A DNA stretch of 64,000 nucleotides from Octopus sinensis (Eukaryota): positions 19,344,001 through 19,408,000 of the forward strand of contig NC_043003.1 of assembly GCF_006345805.1 (NCBI RefSeq), written 5' to 3'. The translations under genes and the position numbers were made by a program. This document shows, one piece after another, positions 34,801 to 43,727 of this stretch. Below the pieces are notes generated by a model. That model saw nothing but the letters and a program-made list of their open reading frames with translations. It was not told the DNA's origin and did not search any database. Each line of letters starts with the position of its first letter. Positions within the stretch are counted from its first letter, which is position 1.

Positions 34801-37800
34801 GGTTACCACAGCTGCAGAGAGAGAGAAAGAGAGAGGGGGAGAGAGAAAGCGAGAGAGGGAGGAAGGGAGAGAAAGAGAGTGATCATGAATGAGAGAAAGC
34901 AAGAGTGGAAGAGAATGAGTAAGAGAGATGGTGGCAATGTGGCCAGGACATACTCTCAAGGTACAGATAAGAATATAAATTGGATGATAGAGCATTGCAA
35001 AGGGTGAATGAATAGGGAGTTCATGTGAATGCAAAAAAAATGGGGAAGGGAGAGAATGCAGTGATGGTGAAACTTGGATATATATATATAGAAGTGGGGT
35101 GGGGAACAACAGGACAGTAATGATAGAGTGGGCAGGGCAGTGAGGACAGAATTGGACTGCAGGAGTGGGGAGGGAAAAATAAGTAAAGTGTGCAGAAAAA
35201 AAGAGGAAATGTGATGAAGAGCAGAGGGGAGAAGTAGTTTGATTTCATGGGTTAGGGTCTGTGAAAAAATTTTTTTTAACGTGATATTCATTTACAATCA
35301 TCACATGATGTAGCAAGGTTTCACACAAACACTCACATTCACATATATTTATAAATACACAACAGGCTTCTTTCAGTTTCTTATTTCTTTATTGCCCACA
35401 AGGGGCTAAACATAGAGGGGACAAACAAGGGCAGACAAAGGGATTAAGTCAATTACATTGACCCCCAGTGCGTAACTGGTACTTAATCTATCGACCCCCG
35501 AAAGGATGAAAGGCAAAGTCGACCTCAGCGGAATTTGAACTCAGAACGTGCAGGCGAAATACTTATTTCTTTACTGCTCACAAGGGGCTACACACAGAGG
35601 GGACAAACAAGGACAAATGGATTAAGTTGACTGTATCAACCGCAGTGCATCACTGGTACTTAATTTATCAACCCCGAAAGGATGAAAGGAAAGTCGACCT
35701 CGGCGGAATTTGAACTCAGAACGTAACGGCAGACGAAATATTGCTAGGCATTTTGCCCGGCATTCTAACATTTCTGCCAGCTTACCGCCTTGTGCTTCTT
35801 TCAGTTTCTGTCTACCAAATCCACCCATAAAGCTTTGGTCAGCCTGGGGTTAGCTAGAGTAGGAAACACTTCTCAAGGTGCCATGCAATGGAACTAAACC
35901 CAAGACCACATTGTTAAGAAGGAAACTTCTTAACCACACAACCATGTCTGTGCATAGACATAGTTTAAAAGAGTAGGCGAAAAGAAAGAGCATTGTAGTC
36001 CTACATTGAGGAAAATTACAAATCCAAAAATTCTAGGAGTATCATTTTTGTATGCTACCTAGGTGTGGAGGCACGTGGCTTAATGGTTAGAATGTCAGTA
36101 TCATGATCGTAAGATTGTGGTTTCGAATCCTGGACCAGGCGACACGTTGTGTTCTTGAGCAAAACACTTCATTTCACATTACTCCAGTCCACTCAGCTGG
36201 CAAAAATGAGTAACGCTAATTTGGTTGATCTGCTGCACTTTGCCGTCAAATCTACTTCAGTTTTCACCGTAATGTCTTAAAACCGTACATAAGGAAATAT
36301 GGATAAAATAAGCCTTAATATACTAGAAAACAAGAGATGATTATCACTGCTGGAACGACGATCAAATGGCGAATATTAGACGCGCATTAACGATAAAATA
36401 AGTATTTGTTCTTGTTTTTGTCTAACCCCCGGTCAACCCCGACCGATTATACCTGTGAGCAAAGACATTTCAGTGGTGACTAACACGTCTTTTTTCTCCC
36501 GTGTACAGGATCCCAGTACCAGGGTCATCTTAGTAGTATTATAGGCTCTGAACAAATCAACGCCTTGGACCCTATAGTATTTATTTACAAACAACAAGCC
36601 ACAGTATACACTGATCAGATTTGAGCTCCTGGACCCGTAAGGGCCCTTGACAACTGTCCAGTGTACCAATGCCTTAAGTCAGTACTGCCATAATATTCAA
36701 TGCGTTCTTTTTAAAATGTGATTTGAGAGTGATTTAATAGTTATTTCTAGTAGGTGGAGCGACCAAGTAGGGGCTTCTGTGTTGGTTGGAAATAAGTACT
36801 AGTCATGTAGCTGCGTAGATTTAGTCGATTTTACGTTTAGAAATAAAGATTCCTGGTTCAAAATCAAGCTTACCCCCCCCCCAAAAAAATATATATATTC
36901 TGGCATGAGATATCTAATGACGACGGGGTACCAAATTAAATCAAAACACGGCATAAATGTATATATACACTTAGAAGATGAGGCTAAGACAGCAGGAAAA
37001 TTATCGTCGTAACAGCAATAACAGACATTTAATATTGTCATCTAACATGTATCCATATAAGGAGGGAATGGAACTTGGCCACAGTTTGGGGGGCGGTGGA
37101 ATAGATTAAGTTGATTACATAGACCTAATTGATCATTGGTACGTATTGTATCGATCCTGGAATAATAAAAGGCTAAAATGACATTGATAGTATTTGAACT
37201 CAAAGCATAAAGAGCTGTTAAAAATGTATTCGAAATAATTACAATATGCATTGCTCGTATTTATAAATAGGTACGGCATGTTCGTTAAATGTCATCATAT
37301 ATTATATATTATGTATACAAATGTCATCAGTGTATGTATAGGTGAATGCAATTAGTGACAAGCTGTATCAAAGCCAAAATGTTGCTAGAGAAAAATCAAA
37401 ACATCTAGAACGGCGACATAAATCGTGTTACGCAGAGAAATGAATTTACCGTTATCCCTTCAACAGAATTTAGATAACTTTGTTTTTTTTAGCATAAAGA
37501 AACGTGATTAAATAACACGTTAACTCAGGTAGGTTGCAAACGTAATCAAAATTCTACCAGATAACAAAGACAGAGAGACGATAAATTTTAATAAAGGGTC
37601 TAATGTTTTATAAGAGAGGCGGGAATAATATTGTGCGAGATAGATATGATACTAACGACGTAAGCGAAGTTAGATGGCAACAATTGAGACTCGAAACCGA
37701 GTCGCAGCCTTCTTTGACCTACAAACATCAACTGTCATTTCGTTGTTATTATGTCTATTGTGCACACCAATAAAGTGTACTTTATACATACAGGAAGCTC

Positions 37801-37985
37801 CCGCTTTGACGATATATATATATACGTATATTCGATTACATGTAATTAGAAAAAGGTGAATAACTGTTTTATACTTCTCCGCGGAATATTGTATTTATTT
37901 TCGGTGGCTCTTCATCGTCTCTTCTGTAACGTTTTGATGATGAAGCTTCAGAAGAATCACGGTCGAAACTCGAGCGCTTCGACAT
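15471..37985 (-). CDS. ZCCHC17: ZCCHC17 / pNO40 (S1 RNA-binding domain + CCHC zinc knuckle + Lys/Ser-rich tail), 8 coding exons, 759 nt, 252 aa
   Basis: join of 37985-37875, 32732-32675, 29519-29419, 28599-28517, 26556-26456, 24906-24779, 19768-19697, 15575-15471. All GT-AG, phases 0,1,0,2,1,0,0. Motifs match recalled human ZCCHC17: [78 protein letters not shown]. Confidence 0.95.
15655..15702. repeat. (CAA)n microsatellite
   Basis: Direct reading. Confidence 0.95.
16540..17470 (-). mobile_element. R4/Dong-clade (restriction-like endonuclease) non-LTR retrotransposon, 5'-truncated, inserted in (TAA)n
   Basis: [24 protein letters not shown]...[18 protein letters not shown] (CCHC) ... RHD ... 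NRPDI ... KYKDL (RLE motifs) ... IGALG; ORFs 16978-17412 and 16739-16951 separated by a frameshift. (TTA)n tracts on both flanks. Confidence 0.92.
17715..19129 (-). mobile_element. Internally deleted Helitron (5' end, repetitive N-terminal segment, PIF1-like helicase C-terminus), interrupted by an RTE 3' UTR at ~18045-18478
   Basis: [44 protein letters not shown]...NIVYKEVL (helicase motifs V/VI). Three ~63-nt repeat units straddle the insertion. 5' terminus A|TCATCATACTATAA...CTGTCTGTCTGT at ~19129. Confidence 0.8.
19282..19672 (+). mobile_element. Complete non-autonomous Helitron (family B)
   Basis: A|TC 5' end (TCTCTCTATATATAAAGC), subterminal hairpin CCCGAGCAATGCCGGG, CTAG|T 3' end, A/T target. 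Confidence 0.85.
19697..19768 (-). CDS. ZCCHC17: ZCCHC17 coding exon 7: [24 protein letters not shown]
   Basis: Acceptor TTTCTTTCATCAG, donor GTAAGT, 72 nt, phase 0/0. Confidence 0.9.
20040..20338 (-). mobile_element. tRNA-derived SINE family C
   Basis: Head GTGGAGGCGCAATGGCCCAGTGGTTAGGGCAG...GGTTTCGATTCCCAGACC. Other copies at ~12940-13222(-), 29030-29313(-), 36064-36210(+), 62029-62325(+). Confidence 0.85.
22984..23018 (-). ncRNA. Minimal type I hammerhead ribozyme motif, core intact, in a ~190-bp repeat (22905-23090)
   Basis: GUUU-CUGACGA-A-GAG(CUCCA)CUC-GAAA-C-GUU-AAAU: stem I, stem II, palindromic ACGU stem III, GUU cleavage triplet. Confidence 0.75.
23102..23482 (+). mobile_element. 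Non-autonomous Helitron-like element (family C), copy 2
   Basis: A|TCTCTTATATAAAATCTGTTCTGTCTGT 5' end; paralogous to 6345-6894. Confidence 0.6.
23660..24090 (-). mobile_element. RTE LINE fragment: ORF2 C-terminus + start of 3' UTR
   Basis: [43 protein letters not shown], paralogous to the end of the 48337-51854 element. Confidence 0.85.
24155..24710. mobile_element. ~555-bp non-coding interspersed repeat flanked by (TAA)n on both sides
   Basis: Discrete block of higher GC content bounded by (AAT)n tracts. No ORF or TIR recognised; repeat status inferred, only one copy in this window. Confidence 0.5.
24779..24906 (-). CDS. ZCCHC17: ZCCHC17 coding exon 6: (G)[42 protein letters not shown]
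   Basis: Acceptor TTCTTTTTGCAG, donor GTATAT, 128 nt. Completes the CCHC knuckle. Confidence 0.93.
26456..26556 (-). CDS. ZCCHC17: ZCCHC17 coding exon 5: (S)[33 protein letters not shown](G)
   Basis: Acceptor TTTTTATTTCCAG, donor GTAAGT, 101 nt. Confidence 0.95.
28517..28599 (-). CDS. ZCCHC17: ZCCHC17 coding exon 4: [27 protein letters not shown](S)
   Basis: Acceptor ATTTTGCAG, donor GTAAGA, 83 nt. Confidence 0.95.
29419..29519 (-). CDS. ZCCHC17: ZCCHC17 coding exon 3: (G)[33 protein letters not shown]
   Basis: Acceptor TTATGACAG, donor GTAAGT, 101 nt; S1 domain core. Confidence 0.95.
30367..30433 (-). pseudogene. tRNA-Glu(TTC) pseudogene lacking the 5' acceptor strand
   Basis: GTC-TAGTGGTTAG-GAT-T-CCTGG-CTTTCAC-CCAGG-CAAC-CCAGG-TTCGATT-CCCGG-CATGGGA-A. 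D, anticodon and T arms are recognisable (one T-stem mismatch); the 5' TCCCATR is replaced by ATGTATA; T6 follows 4 nt downstream. Confidence 0.85.
30950..31454. mobile_element. MITE with (T)ACCGTAAATCC TIRs (Tc1/mariner-pogo type)
   Basis: ACCGTAAATCCGAGTGTAAT ... CTATACTTGTGGATTTACGGTA. A related short element with TAC(C/T)GTATTTTAA TIRs lies at 59746-59911. Confidence 0.65.
31700..31925 (+). mobile_element. RTE-type LINE extreme 3' fragment of a second family with (GCA)n tail
   Basis: [39 protein letters not shown] matches the RGRP..W....EDL.....A.DR..WR C-terminal consensus. Confidence 0.7.
32675..32732 (-). CDS. ZCCHC17: ZCCHC17 coding exon 2: [19 protein letters not shown](G)
   Basis: Acceptor TGTCTTCACAG, donor GTAATA, 58 nt. 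Confidence 0.95.
32859..33081 (+). mobile_element. tRNA-derived SINE family B
   Basis: Head AAGGCGGCGAGCTGGCAGAAACGTTAGC...GAGTTCAAATTCC, tail GTAGTAAAGAAATA. Other copies at ~16293-16500, 17518-17712, 35385-35790(-), 40069-40340, 46195-46430(-), 55403-55925, 58415-58585, 61005-61240. Confidence 0.9.
33589..33633 (-). ncRNA. Minimal hammerhead motif in a Penelope-like pseudo-LTR remnant (~33535-33900); C15.2 missing
   Basis: ACAC-CUGAAGA-A-GGCUG(GAGGGUAUAU)CAGCC-GAAA-GUU-GUGU. Confidence 0.6.
37875..37985 (-). CDS. ZCCHC17: ZCCHC17 coding exon 1: [37 protein letters not shown]
   Basis: AAAATCATGT start context, donor GTATAA, 111 nt, phase 0. TIFRGE|V continues the S1 domain. Confidence 0.9.
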
Positions 37986-38510
37986 GATTTTCAGGTTGTA
38001 AATGGATAAACAAACCAACGTGACAAATCAACTAATTCTTACCAGAAGCTGGTTAAAATTTGTTTCAAACTAAGAAGAACGAATTAAGGGGCATTAACTC
38101 TTTATTGACTACGTGTAAAATCTCAATCTAAGAAAAATTATGACCTTCGTCTACAATAATGGTAATATCAGGTGTTGTTAGTAAGGTCGGTTACTATAAG
38201 GAGGAAAAAAAAACTGGGCAGACTTGGATCTTTTCCTTTTGAAAGCCAGATTTTCCTAGTTAACTAAACAATTTGAAACTTCGTATACTGGTAGAATGTG
38301 TCAAAAGAAAACATAATTGTAAACCAAAATGAAAACGGAATTGTAATTTTTAAGTTCAACGTTGTTTAAAAATTGGAATTTTAACCAATGATATTCTTTC
38401 GGATTAAATGAGAATTACAAGTATTTCAGAATGTGAAATACAATAAAATTAGGTAGATGTACTTGCATTGCAAGTGATTTGATCTGAGATCGTGTGCTGA
38501 AACGAAAACA

Positions 38511-38739
38511 ATTGCAGCGTGGAAGGTGTTTGTAAGCCATTTAAGAAACACACAAAAGCCGTTCGATTCACTTCAACATTTAAGTTTAATTTGTCAAAAT
38601 ATTTTCGTCGCTTTAAGACCGCGACCTGTTGTCTTAAAGCGACGAAAATATTTTGACAAATTAAACTTAAATGTTGAAGTGAATCGAACGGCTTTTGTGT
38701 GTTTCTTAAATGGCTTACAAACACCTTCCCCGCTGCAAT
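38511..38739. repeat. Near-perfect 229-bp palindrome (109-bp arms, 11-nt loop)
   Basis: 38511-38619 versus 38631-38739 reverse-complementary, with one mismatch seen (38520/38730). Confidence 0.97.
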
Positions 38740-39217
38740 AAAATTAGGATAAATAATGAAACAGAACAAACACAAAATCATTTTAGTGGTGGTTGCTGTT
38801 CCGTAGGCACGAAGCTAGGGGAAAACATTTGGAAAACATAAATTTAAAACAAAGAAATCTGAACGTCCCACCTGCCCCACCAAAAAAACACAACAATTAG
38901 AAATGTGGGATACCATAAGATGTGGAATCATCACAAAAGATGATTGTTGTTGACAAAGATTCGGAGATATTGTATTCACCTCAATAGACGTCACTGACTG
39001 GTTGAAATTGCCGAAATGCAAGAAATTAAACAACAAATAGCTTACAAACTACAGAATTGTCTCAAGAAAGCTAAGAGAAAAAGATGTTTTATAAACACAT
39101 TCTACCAGTATACGAAGTTTGAAAGTGTTTAGTTACAAAGAAATTATTTTAAAAATCTGTCAGGCAAGTGAAAAGATCCGAAATTGAGTCGGGAATTATC
39201 TAGTGCACTAAAGAGAT

Positions 39218-39726
39218 CTAGTACAGGAAGATGTGACAGGGTGACGCCATAGTAGGATGGTGAGAATGGGGTTGCTCTGCTAAGAGAAGTAAAGTTGAGC
39301 AAGGAGGAAAGAATGAATAGGCAGAAGGGGAAGGTTATACTTGGGAGAGGGATGTAGGGGTTTATCGATGGGGGAACACCAAGGACCTAAGGGTGAAAGA
39401 TGGTTGAGTAGAGTGATAGAGAGAAAACCGGGGAGGACTGATAAAATAGAAAATTGGGAAATTGCAGAATGAAGAAAGAAAAACCAGAAAAAAAAATTTA
39501 ATATAAAATTTTTTCCAAATTTTTTATATGAACAGTGAACAGTGAGGAGGTCTTTAGAAATCTTCATTTGAGAAAATACAGAAAGTTCTTTTTCTTTTCT
39601 TTTCTTTTTTTTTTTGTGTTTTCGAATTTTCAAAGTTCAAAGGTTCAGAAGTTTCAAAAGTTTAGAGAGTTTAGAAAAAGTTTAAAAGGTCTAGCGGTAG
39701 ATAACAAGATAGATAGATAGATCTTC

Positions 39727-39780
<54 letters not shown>

Positions 39781-39788
39781 GAAGATAA

Positions 39789-39854
<66 letters not shown>

Positions 39855-40022
39855 CAGAAGTTGAAAGAAGCTTAGCGGTTTTTGAGAGGTAGATTAAATA
39901 AGTAGATGGATGGGTAGTAGGTAGGTAGATTGAGAGAGAGAGAACCTACTGTTGGCGTGTGGGCTGTGTGTAGCCTCTCACCATCCTAGTACAACATCAC
40001 CCTGTTACATCTCTCTGAACTA
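39218..40022. mobile_element. Putative non-autonomous TIR element enclosing (TA)n, (GA)n and (GATA)n tracts
   Basis: Imperfect ~48-bp inverted ends CTAGTACAGGAAGATGTGACAGG...GGATGGTGAGA / TCTCACCATCC...CCTGTTACATCTCTCTGAACTAG. Confidence 0.5.
39785..39853. repeat. (GATA)n microsatellite
   Basis: Direct reading. Confidence 0.95.
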
Positions 40023-40540
40023 GACTACGACCATGTTGCCTGAGATGCACCAATATCTCGCACTAAAGAAGGCGGTGAGCTGGCAGAAACGTTAGCACGC
40101 CGAGCGAAATGCGTAGCTGTATTTCGTCTGCCGTTACGTTCTGAGTTCAAATTCCGCCGAGGTCGACTTTACCTTTCATCCTTTTGGGGTCGATAGATTA
40201 AGTACCAGTTACGCACTAGGGTCGATGTAATCGGCTTTATCCGTTTGTCTGCCCTTGTTTGTCCCCCTCTGTGTTTAGCCCCTTGTGGGTAGTAAAGAAA
40301 TAGATATTTCGTCTGCCGTTACGTTCTGAGTTCAAATTCCTACCCACACTTTGTCTACAGCAGAAGCAGGTGTGCTGACCAAAGTTAATAACGCCTTGAA
40401 CTTATCAGTAGAAAATTTGAGGACATCTTGGTATTAATACATTGTCGGGATGAAATTTAGGAAAAACTAGTCATTAATGATATACATGATGAACCATAGT
40501 TTCTGGGAATGTTAAGAATGATTTCTAATTTAGTCACATG

Positions 40541-41217
40541 CGGTGGCGGCTCGTGGATAAAATTAGTTTGGGTGCTGCTTCAGAAAATTTTCAGCTGTTG
40601 TTTTAATATTGTGTAAAAGGAAACAAACATATAAATATAAAATTTATACATAAACTCGATCGGTTCGCATTTTAGCCACTGCCGGGTAGTGTGTTTAATT
40701 TGTTCACTGAACACCGCCGCAAATTCCCCCTTGATTTTTAAAAATCCCACCTAAATCACAAAATAAGGGGGGTGGAATCTGCCCTATTTTTCAAATCCTA
40801 GCAGTATCAATGAAGCTGGAAGCAGGATAATTATTTAATTCTACACTTGATCACATTCAAGAATATAAACATGCTTTTAAGCACAACACACATGGAGTCA
40901 AAAAGAAACGCTACCTTTCACCAACACTGCATGAACGACAGTGCTGTCTCTCCCTAGCGTGAAGTTTCCTATCTCAGACATGTGAGCAACAACCAAACAT
41001 CGCATTGCTGGAACTGTGAAGCGCACAGTTCTATACAAGGATTATTTTTCATAAAGTAGGGGATGGCTACTGACTTTAAGTTTAAGGATTATATAATGTA
41101 CAAGTATAAAGAAAGAATTAAAGAAAAAAGGACTCATTATATTGAATGTTATTGATAATATTGAGTGGAAATAGGGGGTGCTGCAGTTCCTCAGCACCTA
41201 TATACGAGCCACCACTG
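40541..41217. mobile_element. hAT-type non-autonomous element
   Basis: TIRs CGGTGGCGGCTCGT / ACGAGCCACCACTG; degenerate 8-bp TSD GTCACATG / GACACAAG. Confidence 0.7.
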
Positions 41218-41735
41218 GACACAAGAGAAGCAATTTTGAAAGAAGGATGTTAGCCGATACCATCGGCTCTAGTATTAGCTTGGTACTTTGTTTTAGCAAA
41301 CCCGGAGGAATGAATGGCAAAGCTGACCTTAACAGAATTTTAACCTAGGACGCAATGAAATGAAACAAACCGTTACTCTGGCGATTCTAATAACCCGCCG
41401 TCTTCCTGTATAATTTTTCTATGTATATGGTGTGTGTGTGGGGGGGGGGGACAAAATTAGTAACCGGGGCAAAATGGGTAACTTCTCGTTTGTTTTCCCC
41501 TGCTTGTTTGAAATCATTACAATGCAAGTATTGCATCATCATTTTGTATTACTTCATTATATTTAGGAGTAAAAATTGGTCAGCGTAGTGTTGAGGTTGA
41601 GAGAGTCCAAAACATAGGTGGCATGTCGTTTTTTAAATTTTTTTTCAAGATATTTTCCTTCAATTTTGAGCCGATTGTAATTGAGGTTGCTAAAAAAATA
41701 TCTAGATAATTGTTGGTGTTTAACAATCAATGCAC

Positions 41736-41874
41736 AGTTTGATTCAAATTAATTGGTTCCCCAACGAATTTCAAAGCGTGATGCTAATCCTCAGCCATCG
41801 GATTCAAATTTCCAATGGCTGAAGATTACCATCACGCTTTGAAACTCGGAGTACCAACGAATTTGAATCAAACT
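41736..41874. repeat. Imperfect palindrome / old MITE
   Basis: AGTTTGATTCAAATT...TTCAAAGCGTGATG...CAGCCAT / ATGGCTG...CATCACGCTTTGAA...AATTTGAATCAAACT. Confidence 0.8.
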
Positions 41875-42399
41875 ATTTTGACCCATACATGTAACTCCCA
41901 ATAAATGTGTTAAATGCTCTTCTTTCGTTTGTCCACTCAATATATGAGTGAGTGTGTGTGTGTGTGTGTGTGTGTGTTGTGTGTGTGTGTGTGTGTGTGA
42001 GTGTGAAGGTAAGATTCAACGATCAAGGTGTAGGAAGTTAATAAATAGACCGGAGAAGGTATAAAAACTTTCTGGAGCAATAGTGGTTTATAGACGTAGA
42101 CGGTTGTAAATGTTTCCCATATCGAAGTTCGACAAGCTGAAAAAAAGTTATTTTATAGTTCACGGTTAGCAGCTGGGGTTGCTGTGTATGACTCTTTACT
42201 CTTTTACTTGTTTCAGTCATTTGACTGTGGCCATGCTGGAGTACCGCCTTTAGTCGAGCAACTCGACCCCACGACTTATTCTTTGTAAGCCTAGTACTTA
42301 TTCTATCGGTCTCTTTCGCCAAACTGCTAAGTTACGGGGGCGTAAACACACCAGCATCGGTTATCCAGCGATGTTGGTGAGACAAACACAGACACACAA

Positions 42400-42511
<112 letters not shown>

Positions 42512-43000
42512 ATATATATACATATATACAACGGGCTTCTTTCTGTTTCTGTCTACCAAATCCACTCACAAGGCTTCGGTCGGCCCGAGGCTATAGTAGA
42601 AGACACTTCCCATGTGCCACGCAGTGGGACTGAACCCAGACTTATTCTTTGTAAGCCTAGTACTTATTCTATTGGCCGCAGTCAAATGACTGAAAAGAGG
42701 TAAAAGAATATATACAGTGGCGGAAAGAATGCATTAATTATTTCAGCCTGGCTGCGTTCGTACAGTTGAAAAGAATACTTTTAACCAAAAATAAATAAAT
42801 AAACAAATAAAACAAATAAATTCAATGATAGCATTGTAGTTGCGGGTGGGCCCCTTAGTCTCCTGGCAACCAATATTTTTTGACCCAGTCTGTCACACAC
42901 AGGTGAGCACATAAGTGCAAAACAAGGTGGAAAAAGTAGTACTGGAATACCAAAAGTTGAGTAATATGCTTTTTACGAAAGCTGCAAAGTTATCACGGAA

Positions 43001-43038
43001 CTGTTACTCGGAGTTTCACAATCCCGTTCGTCAGACAG
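43001..43038 (-). ncRNA. Type I hammerhead ribozyme motif, core intact (left arm of an inverted pair)
   Basis: CUGU-CUGACGA-ACG(GGAU)UGU-GAAA-CUC-C-GAG-UA-ACAG: stem I CUGU/ACAG, GUA cleavage triplet. Confidence 0.75.
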
Positions 43039-43050
43039 CTGTGATTACAA

Positions 43051-43088
43051 CTGTCCGACGAACAGGAACGTAAAACTCTGAGTAATAG
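43051..43088 (+). ncRNA. Degenerate hammerhead motif (right arm of the inverted pair)
   Basis: CUGU-CCGACGA-ACA(GGAA)CGU-AAAA-CUC-U-GAG-UA-AUAG; core changes U4>C and G12>A. Confidence 0.55.
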
Positions 43089-43167
43089 GTCTGTGATAAT
43101 TTTGCAGTTTTAATAAAAAGTATATATATATATATATATATATAAAGCATATATATATATATATAAA

Positions 43168-43267
<100 letters not shown>

Positions 43268-43704
43268 CATACATACTAATACCCACACACACACAAACAT
43301 ACATATTTATGTATGTATGTCACGTATATCAATGTAAAAGATCTAATCGTGGATAAAAAAAAATGAACATTCGTCTGCTCTCAGTAAAACTATAGACAAT
43401 ATGTACAAAGTTAGGCATAAGTAAGATTTAGTATCGTATATCTGAAGTGTGCATACCAATAACTCCATTTATATTAGAATAAATGTGGGGAAGAAGGAGC
43501 ATATATAAAATTGTATTCTAACGGAAGTAATTAAAATATAAAATTCTGTGAATGAATTCGAAAATAATTTACTGAAACAGATTAGCTCTGTTTGTCAGAG
43601 AGGAAATGGAGGGAAAACTTAATGTTTTGATTTTAAGGGAAACATCCGGACGATTGTAAAGATATATTTTTATGAATTTTACCCTCCTTTATGTATTTTA
43701 AACT

Positions 43705-43727
43705 ATGTTAGAGAAGCGATCGAGTCG
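43705..43727 (+). CDS. RAD51AP1: RAD51AP1 coding exon 1: MLEKRSS(R)
   Basis: ACTATGT start, donor CG|GTAAGC, phase 2 fits exon 2. Short, so chosen by phase and resemblance. Confidence 0.72.

Noticed and set aside
34663-35291. Several 70-150 aa ORFs in a GA-rich region
   Set aside because: Products are low-complexity translations of purine/pyrimidine tracts with no splice-consistent link to either gene.
38226-39179. Two oppositely oriented GATC-MITE ends enclosing the big palindrome, suggesting a composite transposon
   Set aside because: Both are the same (right) end type and the outer 8-bp flanks (GCAGACTT vs GAAATTGA) do not form a TSD.
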